Assembly: GCA_964247055.1 (NCBI GenBank)
Contig: OZ176057.1
Location: 3,906,001-3,970,000, forward strand
DNA length: 64,000 nucleotides
Source of the DNA: Paragordius varius
Taxonomy: Eukaryota > Animalia > Nematomorpha
Direction of reading: 5' to 3'
Below the pieces are notes generated by a model that did no database searches, was not told where the DNA came from, and was given only the letters and a program-made list of their open reading frames with translations. Positions 25,801-36,100 of this stretch are shown one piece after another; positions within the stretch are counted from its first letter, which is position 1; every line of letters starts with the position of its first letter. The translations under genes were made by a program, and so were the position numbers.

Positions 25801-28798
25801 AAAATATCTAACTAATTATAAATCAATGTAAACCAATCAATAAATAATAAAAAATCCTAGTTAACATTTCGAAGACTAACGCCAAAAATTATTATAGTAT
25901 AAAACAAAAATCTTTAACAAAATAGCAAAATTTTGCCATTTTTCATAATTATATTTCGGGAGCAAAAAAATCACTTATTAAAATCCTAAAAAAGACGGTA
26001 GGGGAAACATTGATAAGACATCAAACTATATTTTTACAATAAAATATCCTTACAAATATCTATAAAACAAAATAAATATTTGGCTGAAAACTAATTTAAC
26101 CTTAAAATTAGAAATCTAAAAAAATACAGAACGGACCTTGGTGTAATATATTAAAACTATACGTTTAAAATAAAACCTTATAAATATGTCTTAAAATAAC
26201 CTTAAAAATAGCGTAGTAAAAATTTTATCACATTAAAAATGTGAAAAAGTCAGATATTTTTTTCTAATGGACAACCATACTTTTTATGTCTGATTTTTTT
26301 TAGATATAACCCTTTGTTTTAAACTGTAAAGTGATGTAAATTGTTAACATAATCCATTATGTATTTTACAATTGTAATTAAATGTTTTTTATTGGATAAA
26401 TTAAATTATCTAAAATAATTTTGATAATTTTTGTCTTGATATTTTTACATTTTGTCCGTATAATTTCAATTTTTACTGCATTATATTATATGTCAAAACT
26501 ATATTTTTATAATTGCTATAAACATTTTAAAATTAGTAAAAAAAACACACCTTTGTAATGAGTTTGTAGACGACATAAGCTGATATGCCCTCCCCCACTT
26601 TTTGAGGTTCGACTATTCGAATTTTGATGTGAGGGATTTGATTGTTTCCAAAACAGGCTCGTTCAATCGTATTTATTACAGGGTCATCCAAGGTTAATTG
26701 CATAGACACCTGAAATAAAAACAGAATGAATGATATGCCATATATATCTAAATCTTTTGTAGAATTTTCTAGAAATTTTAACTAACATCCATACAAAAAG
26801 TTATAAAGCTTTAAAGCTATCTCAAAAGTTGGATATTTTCTATCAAAACCAAAAAATAAGAAAGGTAAAAAATTTTATTTAATATGTCTCTTAAAATTTT
26901 TCGAATGATTCAAACGGAAATATTGAAATTATATGGAGATATAACGTAAAAGATTAATATTTATAAGCACAACTTTTGCATTAAACTAAACACATACAAT
27001 ATATATATATATATTAATTTATAGTCAAATTCACCCTTAAACAATAATTTACCCTTGAACAATTCAAATTCACCGTAAAATAAATGTATGTAATTTTTTA
27101 AGATTAAAAATTACCTATATTTTATTAATTTTTTGAAATATGAAATTACGCTAAAATTAATATAATACTGAAAAATAATAAACTATGCCATAAGAATATA
27201 ATATATATTATTGATGATATATATAGCCCAAAAACACATAATTTATATTTAAAGTGAATTTAAATTGTTCAAGGGTATTCGAATTGCTCGAAGGTGAATT
27301 TGAATTGTTCAACGGTTGATTTGAAATAAAATGGTATAATATATATATATATATATATATATCTTGTTTGGATACTTATATAAAGTAGTTAGTTATATTA
27401 TAAATTTTATTGAAAATAAGTATTTTAAAGTTTTTTGTATTCTTTTCGTAATCTAGCTAATTTTAGATTTGAAAATTAGGCGATTCGAGGTCTTTACTTA
27501 TTGTGTTAAGCCATGTGGTATAAGGTCGACCGGATTTAGATGTTTGGTTTTTCAACCGAGTTATTTTTCATAGTTTTAAGGATTTTAAAAGTTTTTTGTA
27601 ATTTTAACCAAAGGAAAATGTATTAAGACAAATGTAATAAAAGTGGAAAGGTTGAAAAACTTTGTTAAATAGTAAAAAAATGTTGTATAAGAAAATATTT
27701 ATTCAAAATTAAAAATATAATAACATAATAATAACAATCCAAGTAATAGTGATTTTTAACAAGCATATTTATGAGGTTGATAAAAAAATTTCTCAGAAAA
27801 AATATTTTCACATAATTTGTGGATAATTATTTGGTTGTTTACAATATTTAAATTTACATATTAATTATAACAAAAATTAAAACTTTTTAAGGTTTAAATT
27901 TAATTTTTTTTTAATTTAAAAGAATATCCAAAAATATATAAATTATTATTATATATAAAAATTGAGATCATATATCTTGATTTTTTTATATGTAAATAAT
28001 TGTTTTAACCAAAGTAAAAAATAGTAATATATATGCTAACACAATAAATTATTTATTTTACAATTGTAATTAAGTAATTTATAATGGACAAAAAAAGGTT
28101 TAAAAAATATGGTTGTATTTTGAAAAAAAATTTACCTCTATATTTTTATGTTTTGTCCGTATAATGTTTCAATTTTTACTGTAGTACATACGAAAAAATT
28201 TTTAGGAGTTTTTGTAAATTAATAATATATTATTTGATGAAAAATTTTCTGTTATCACAAAAAATTAATAAAACTTTTTGTGGGTCATCTGATTGGATGA
28301 CAGATTTTTCAATATTGGCTATTAGCGCGTTGGATTTGGTTGAAGGGACAACATTTTGTTGATTTATTGTATTTTTTTCTACCACGTTATTTTCATCGTC
28401 TAGAAAAAGATGGGTTAAATTTATAAAATCCTTGGTAAATAATACGGAATAAATAATATTTTAAAAAAAAAATATTACTTAACTCACCTATCAATAAAAA
28501 TTAACCATATTTATGAAGTGATTTAGAATAATAGGATATAATACAGGATTAATAAATTTTAGCACACCAAATATTAAAAAATCTTTCTACCATTTAAAAT
28601 TGCACTGTAAAATAATTATAAAATTATAACTGTAATTTAGATGGTAAAAAATAAATTATACTTTATTTATTTTTAAAAACTTCATAAAAAATAACATACT
28701 TTCAAGACTAACATCTTCCATAAGAGGTGATGGAGTAATTTTTGCATTCTAAAAAATTTATATCAAAAATTATCTACATCGTTTTGCGATTCCATCAT
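15374..28798 (-). CDS. SNX1/2: Sorting nexin 1/2 (PX-BAR), ~569 aa. Exons (minus): 28778..28798, 28700..28748, 28275..28399, 26551..26709, 24716..24869, 22938..23019, 21482..21699, 20679..20800, 19653..19746, 19011..19183, 17593..17736, 16628..16792, 15716..15868, 15374..15424
   Basis: PX: EPQKVGEGISAYVVYK, VIRRYSDFLGLHEKL, IPVPPSKSLLGMTKLK, ERRRAALERY. Amphipathic helix ELPRSTNTATLSSNNMLRII. BAR: WFEEMQNQIE, LSRALSQLAQVEE, NDFFVLCETLKDY, REVTRFERER. C-terminus CWEAFLPEAHAIA*. Every exon phase matches; total 1710 nt. Confidence 0.95.
16280..16587. mobile_element. MITE family A copy
   Basis: tatACCATTTACAGTTCAAATT...AATTTGAATTGTAAATGCtata with ~20-bp subterminal repeats. Confidence 0.8.
16955..17640 (-). 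repeat. Tandem array (~155-165 bp unit) duplicating the 3' end and donor of SNX exon 17593..17736
   Basis: accaaattattccaagctttctgg is the real junction at 17591. Variants recur near 17440, 17278, 17125 and 16960. Confidence 0.85.
17782..18069. mobile_element. MITE family A copy
   Basis: TACCATTTACAGTTTAAATT...GAACTGTAAATGGTA; (TA)n on the right. Confidence 0.8.
18386..18443 (-). repeat. Diverged intronic copy of the 3' end and donor of SNX exon 19011..19183
   Basis: The minus strand reads ...SSDLLNRNHSIRADQ|gtgattt versus the real ...SGSDILNLNPSVHADQ|gtgattt. Confidence 0.7.
18750..19004. mobile_element. MITE family B copy
   Basis: acggacaaaacg left arm. Right arm ends tttttactgta at 19004, a few nt from the SNX donor at 19009-19010. 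Confidence 0.65.
19410..19511 (-). other. Intronic hairpin: 34-bp arms, 34-nt loop
   Basis: 19410-19443 gagcaatttgcaaaacagaagtgtatggaaaaaa is the reverse complement of 19478-19511 with one mismatch (a G-U pair on the SNX sense strand). Confidence 0.8.
19829..19889. repeat. (TA)n microsatellite; representative of many, e.g. 3343-3382, 10258-10294, 39097-39132, 50651-50693
   Basis: Directly visible dinucleotide run. Confidence 0.95.
19915..20224. mobile_element. MITE family B copy
   Basis: tacggacaaaacgtaaaaatataaag / ctttatatttttacgttttgtc inverted arms, ending tttttaccgta. Confidence 0.7.
21660..22620 (-). repeat. Tandem array duplicating the acceptor and first ~40 nt of SNX exon 21482..21699
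   Basis: atcatgagtgtagcgtgatttgctgtacgatttatatatctgtt at 21661 (real) recurs near 21868, 22166 and 22480, with a partial copy at 22600. Confidence 0.9.
23460..24760 (-). repeat. Tandem array (~170-190 bp unit, about 7 extra copies) duplicating the last ~60 nt and donor of SNX exon 24716..24869
   Basis: tttaccca...gtaacctagatgggcatatttag units near 23520, 23712, 23880, 24060, 24245, 24422 and a partial unit at 24598. The minus strand of the copies reads as decayed KYAHLGYVIPVP. Confidence 0.9.
24920..25190. repeat. Intronic tandem duplication (~110-120 bp, 2 copies) not including exon sequence
   Basis: tgaaacagtttttttt...ttgcattttacagtatta...atctaata occurs twice. Confidence 0.7.
26195..26480. 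mobile_element. MITE family B copy
   Basis: gacaaccatactttt left arm and ttttgtccgtataatttcaatttttactg right arm. Confidence 0.6.
27020..27335. mobile_element. MITE family A copy
   Basis: Subterminal aattcaccctt repeats, inverted on the right, ending aaatggtata before (TA)n. Confidence 0.75.
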
Positions 28799-29009
28799 GC
28801 TTTTTTTCTACGTATTGAAAGGTTTGGTTTTAACAAATGTTGATAAATATTTTAGTAGAATCAGATGATCAAAAAATTATAAGATATTTTATTAATTTTA
28901 AAATTTAAATTAAATTACATTTAATAATTAATATTTTTAATTTTAAAGTTTTCACCAATAAAATTTTTACACATTTCATATCGTCATATTATCGAAACAT
29001 GGGCATTAG
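28799..29009. promoter_or_regulatory. Putative bidirectional promoter between SNX1/2 and ERO1
   Basis: Only 211 bp separate the divergent start codons (28798 minus, 29010 plus), and the spacer has no TE. TSSs cannot be placed from sequence. Confidence 0.6.
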
Positions 29010-32000
29010 ATGCATCAGCCTACCCTTCGAATTAACCTAAAATTTTTAACATTATTTTTATTTGTGATATTTTTTACCATTTTCGTTTGGCCTGTGAAAA
29101 CTTTTTTAAACGCCAAAAATGGAATTAATACAGTTCAAATTTTGGAGGGCATTAAACATACATTCGAACAAGTATATTTTTGTGTATATATCTATCATTT
29201 AGGCCGAATCTATAAACCAAGATGATTTAAATTGCAATATCCAATATCTTGAAACCTACAATCTGCAATACATATATCCTATTTTGAATGAATTGCTATC
29301 TAGATCATATTTTAGATTTTTTAAAGTAAAAATACTTATATTTGTAAATTTGAAATAATATATTATTTTTAATTAATTATTATTTGTCCAGGTAAATTTA
29401 AACAAAAAATGTCCCTTTTGGCCAAATAGTCGAATATGTGCATCTCAATACTGTCATATACGGAGTTGTGATAAGGTTATTTTAAAAAAGATTGAATATT
29501 ATTTATAATTTTTTTATATATAAATATATAGTTATTCCCATAAATTAAATAAAAATTATACACTAATTATCCATATTATTCCTTAATCGTTGTATTTTAT
29601 ATTGGACTGTTTTTGCAAGCAAATCCATGTCCACCAATTTAAAATCCATTGACACTTTTAACCAATTATATATATTGATTTCTAAATATATAATATACCT
29701 ACATTGTTCTAATTTAAATTCAGTAATTTGATTCAAATTTGAATTATTGCGCTAAAAAAAGTTCTTTTTTATTTCCTGTTTCGGATTTTACCTAAACCCC
29801 AAAAAGCATAGAATATTAAACATTACAACTACTTAAATACTTTGGCGTCGCAATAATTTTAGTCCTATTTTTTTGCTATTTAGTTAAAAAAACTATAAAA
29901 TTATAAGTTAATATAAATTCATCAAAATATGATTTTCTATTACCAAATTCATATGATTTTTATATGATCAATTTTGTTTTTTCATAGGACATTCAACATT
30001 TATACTTATTTTTATAATTCTTTCATAACATATTTGACATGTAGAATTCAATCCCTATCGGTCTTAGAAGTCTAAAACAGATAAATGGTAACAATGGCGA
30101 CGATACACAAAAGGTAGTAGTAATTTTTCTATCAATAGGTTTCTAATGAATCCGTTGTTGCTAATGGTAACAACACTAGTTGCCATGACAACGCCACTCT
30201 TAATGACCACGATCATATGCTAAATAATGCAAATGGCGGCGGAAATATATCTTCAAGCCTAAATTTAAACACAAACATAACGGGTCCAGATGTTGAATTA
30301 CTTAATGCTGTGAACCGTACCATAAGGTAAAAATTTATATTGTTTTGAAATTTTATTTTAACTTTTTTCTTTGAAACTTTTTATTTTTTTAAGGAATCAA
30401 TTAAATATTTTAGAAAATTTAAATTAATTTTGGGCTATTTTGCCCGAAAATAGTGTGGTTTTCCTAGTTAAATTTAAAAAATTAAAATAAGTACCTAAGA
30501 TTAGTTTTTACTTTTTTGTTTTTTTCAAAATAAAGTCAAGTTAAATTTAATACCAATTTTTTGGTAAATTTATATTTAAATATCAATAAAATATAAATGT
30601 TTTGAACATTATAATTTTCTTAAAATTAATAATTATAATATTTTTATAGTGATACTGATGCATTATCATTTCAAAGATGGAGTCAACATGACAGTACGCT
30701 CAAATTCTGTGATATCGATGGTGAGTTTTGCAAAAAACTATTTTTTTTGAAATTTTAAAACTTTTAAATAAATATTTTTTTTACAATAACTATTGTAATA
30801 TTTTGTTTTTTTGGAGCTTTAAATTTTTCAAGCTTTATAAATTTTATACACTTATGAACAATTTTTGAGTTCTTAAAACTTTCTTAACCTTTATAAATTA
30901 TAAGAATTTTACAAAAAACCTATTTTTATTTAGTTTATTTAAAGTACTTTTTGCAACCACCACCTTATTTTATAATAACTATCTGATTTTTTTTAACAAA
31001 TCTTTTTTTTTGGTTTATTGTATAAGTTTTACGCCATTTAATGGTTTAAAACTTGTGTCCAAGACCAGGCCCTCTCTAAGAATTCGAAATCAAACCCTTT
31101 TTTAACAATTTTTCTGAATAAGTCATTAGGGAAAAAATTGTTTTATAATGTTTGCATTTTACAAGTTCTTATTTCTATGTATGCCAACATATATATACCA
31201 CTTTTAGTTCAAATTCACCCTTAAACAATAATTTACCCTCGAACAATTCAAATTAACACTAAATAAATTGTTTTTTTGAAATGAAAAATTACCTATATTT
31301 TTATATATTTTTAAAATGTAAATATTTGTTTTAAATTAAAATAATACTGAAAAAATAATAAACCATGTCGTAAAGTTATATTTCATAACAATAATGAATT
31401 ATTAGCCCTTAAACACATATATTTTTCAGGGTGAATTTGAATTCTTCAGTGAATTTAAATTATTGTGAGGATAATTTAAATTATTGTGAGGATAATTTGA
31501 ATTATTTAAAGGTCAATTTATATTGTTGTTCAAGGGTGAATTTGAATTATTTATGGTTAAATTTGAATGTTTAAGAGTGAATTGAACTGTGTAATTGATA
31601 TATTTTAATCACTTTTAAGATAAAAAATTTTTAAATATTTTTTGCTTTTTTTGAGAATATTATTTTTTTGCGCGCTATTTTTAGATGAGACTTCTCATGA
31701 TTGTGAATACATTGATTTATAGTTTTGTGATTAATAATCTAAATAACCATAAATTTTTCTTATTCTTTTATTAATAAAATACATATTCAATTCTATATTT
31801 AATGTTAACTTAAAACATTTTTAAGCTGGAAAAAATGTTAAAATTTTATTTTATTTGAGTTTTTTTATTTTTTTTCCGCCCTATTTTTAGATGAGACTTC
31901 TCATGATTGTGAATACATTGATTTATAATTTTGTGATTAATAATCTAAATAACCATAAATTTTTCTTATTCTTTTATTAATAAAATACATTTTTCAATTC

Positions 32001-33123
32001 TATATTTAATGTTTACTTAAAACATTTTTAAGGTGGAAAAAATGTTAAAATTTTATTTTATTTGAGTTTTTTTATTTTTTTTCCACCCTATTTTTAGATG
32101 AGACTTCTCATGATTGTGAATACATTGATTTATAGTTTTGTGATTAATAACCTAAACAACCATTAATTTTCATTATTCTTTTATCAATAAAAAACATTTT
32201 TCAATTCTTTAACTTATTAAATCATTTATAAGATGAAAAATTTAAAAAAATTGCGCGCTATTTTTAGATGAAACTTCTCATGATTGTGATTGCATTTATT
32301 TTTTGTTGTAAATCTCTAAATAACCATAAATATTCATTATTATCAAAAACATTTTTCAATTCTTTAAATGTATTATTAAATACTTTTAAGTTGAAAAAAT
32401 TTTAAAATATTTTTTGCTTTTTGAGAATTTTATTTTTTTTTGCGCGCTATTTTTAGATGAAACCTCTCATGATTGTGAATACATTGATTTATTGTTGAAT
32501 CCTGAACAGTATACTTCATTCAATGGACCTGCCGCTCACAAAATTTGGAAAGCTATATACGAAGAGAATTGCTTTTTAAATCAGTTTTTATATTTTTTTT
32601 AAACTTTTTCAATAATTTTATAAGTTTTTAAACTTAACTTGATTTTTTAAAAGTTTATTTAGTTAATTAAATGTTATTACAATTTGTCATAGTTTAGATT
32701 AAGGTTTACTTTTTTGTGGTTAAACATTTTGTGAAATTACATATAAATAATTTGAAATGTTACACATGGGGTTATTTACAGTAAAATTGAAATTAAACGG
32801 ACAAAACATAAAAATATAAAGACAAATATAATTTATCCAAAAGACACCCATACTTTTTATTTTCTTATATAAGCTATTTAGTTACAATCGTAAAATTTAG
32901 AATTGTTTGTGTTAGTAATATACATCTCTATTTTAGACTTTGCCATTTAATGAGTTATATTGAAATAAATCAAAATTTAAAAATTATGGTTGATTTTATA
33001 TGTTTACGTTTTGTCCGTATAATTACAGTTTTTACTGTACTTTTAATCATTTTTATTAATTTTTAAGAATATTTTTTTATAACCATATGTGTCAGAAAAT
33101 TTTGTTTTCAGTTATTTTTTTAT

Positions 33124-33155
<32 letters not shown>

Positions 33156-36100
33156 GTATTTAACGTTTTTTGTTAAAAATTTAATATTTAAATGACTTTC
33201 AAACTAAATATTATTACTATATTGATTATTACTAAAATAAATTAACTTTTAAATTTGCTAATAAATTAAAATTTTGACATTATTTAAAAAATTAATTATA
33301 TAAATTTAGCAATCTCCAAAATGACAGAACACTAAAACGTAAATGGGCCCCTATTTTATCATCGCATGAGGAAATTAAAGGTTATATAAATCTATCATTT
33401 ACGATTCATTTACCCATAAACAATTCAAAACCCTTGAACAATTATAATTTAACCCTAAACAATACAAATTTACCCTTGAACAATTATAATTTAACCCTAA
33501 ACAATACAAATAACACTTGAACAATTCAAATTTACCCCTAAACAATTCCAACTCATTCACCCTAAAAATAAATTATGTGTTTTTCGGGCACTAATATAAC
33601 TCTATATATGAAATATTTCTTTATGACATAGTATATTATTATTGCTTTAATTTTAAATTCAAAAAATATGTGTAGGTTTTAATCCTTAAAAACGCATATT
33701 TATTTTAGGGTAAATTTGATTGTTCCAGGGTGAAATTGAAGTGTAAATGGTGTATATATTTATATATCTAAAATTTGTAAAAGTTTTTTGCATTATTTTA
33801 TAAGTTATATGTAAAAATTATCTATATTAAATTGGCATTATAAAATTATAAAGAGGAAATAATTTTTTTTCACAAAAAACTTTTAAACAGTTTTAAACCT
33901 TGATTTTTTAACTTAATTATTTAATTACAATCTTTTAATAATATAAATAAGTGTATTATCACAATTCCTAACCCAAAACATTTAATATTGAAAAAATTTT
34001 TTTTAAAAAAACATGGTTGTCTTTTACAAAAAAAATTTATATTTTAATTTTTTACGTTATTTGTCTCTATAACTACATGTTTTTTTAGCTATATACCATT
34101 TATAATTCAAATTCACCCTTGAACAATTCAAAATATATCCTAAAATCAAATTTGTTGTTTTTTTAAGATAAAAAATTACTTATATTTTTATATATTTTTA
34201 AAAAATAAAAATTTAGTTTAAAATTAATACTGGAAAACTTATAATCTATGCCATAGGGATATACTTAATATCAATAATGAGTAGGTCAGTCCAAAAAATA
34301 CATAATTTAATTTTAGAGGGAATTTTAATTGTTCGAGGGTGAATTTGAATTGTAAATGGTATATTTATATATATATATATTTATAAATACTAATCTTGTG
34401 TGATTTTGAATTTTATACCATTTTTATCAAACTTAATTTATTTAACAGTAAAAATATAAAATACATAATTTTGTTCAATTTATCATTAATAGACACACGT
34501 TCTTTCTTTAAAAAATCTAATTCCAAAATACTTTAAAACCCATTTTTTGGAAAATATATGTGTTAATAAGTAACTAACATTCAATTTTTTTGCATATTTA
34601 CAGGTAAAAATTAAAAAATATCTATTTACATAGCTGCATTTTATTGAATATTTTTAGAATTTTTTATTCAAAATATAATTTCTACAAATTTACTGTAATA
34701 TTAATTTTTTTAAGATATGTGATGTATGCTTTAAAATGGTTGATTTTAAATTTAATATTTGACTTTTAAAAAATAACACATATAGTAAGAATTGAAATTA
34801 TATAGGGACAAAATGTAAAAATATAAAGTCAAATTTTAAGTTTTCAAAAAAATATTTTTTAAGAATTATATAATTAATTATTTATTTCATTGTTTTATAA
34901 CTTATTTTAGATCTTTGCTTTAAAAAAAAGGGCATTTTTTAAATATTTTTACCCAAAAAATTTAAAAAAATAAAATTAGAAGCAAAAAAAATTTATGAAT
35001 ATTAATTTTAAATATTTAACAAAAATTATTTAAGTTTTCAAAAAAATATTTTTTAAGAATTATTTAATTAATTATTTATTTCATTGTTTTATAACTTATT
35101 TTAGATCTTTGCTTTAAAAAAAAAAAAATAAAATTAGACGCAAAAAAAATTTATGAATATTAATTTTAAATATTTAACAAAAATTATTTAATTTTTTGTT
35201 AAAAATATTTTTTTAAGAATTATTTAATTAATTATTTATTCCATTTTTTTATAACTTATTTTAGATCTTTGCTTTGAAAAAAGGGCTTTTTACATGGCAC
35301 TTTCTGGACTTCATACTAGTATAACCACACATTTATGTTCACGATATTATATTAGTAAGTTTTTTTATTAATTTTTTTATATTATTCTATAACTTTTTTT
35401 TCATTTAAAAACTAATATTTAGGATTTATAAATGCCTTTATATCTAAAATTTATATTCCCGCGAAAAACCGTGTATTATCTTTAGGAGCGATTTTTTTTC
35501 AACAATCAAAAAAAAGTTTAAATTATTATTTGGTATTTTTCGTATTTCCAATACCATTTGTACTTCAAGAGTGTCCTTGAACACTTCAAGTTGGTCCTTG
35601 AACAGTTCAAGTTGGTCCTTAAACACTTCAAGTTGGTCCTTAAACACTTCAAGTTGGTCCTTAAACCTTTTAAGCTAGTCCTTAAACACTTTGATTTGGT
35701 TTTTTTACTTTTTTGTTTTAATTTTAACATTTATCAATCATATCCTACATCATTCAACTATTTTAGCGTTTTCAACCTATTTCCTATTATTTAACATAAA
35801 TTTTAAATCAAGATCAACTTTTAATCATTCAGAAACCGTATATCCTTATTAATTTATTTGAATTATTTTGGATATTTACAAGATTTTAACACGTAATTTA
35901 AAGATATATAAGTTTTTTAGGTTATTAATCACAATATCTTTCATTGAAAAAATTTAAAAGTTATTAATTTTGTTTAAATGGGAAAAAATTAGTTTAAAAC
36001 AAAAAAAGTGATATTTTTAATTAATTTTTATTTTAAATGAATAAATATATTATAAATCAAGAAAATTAGGTTAAATACTGAAATAAATGCAAAAATTATA

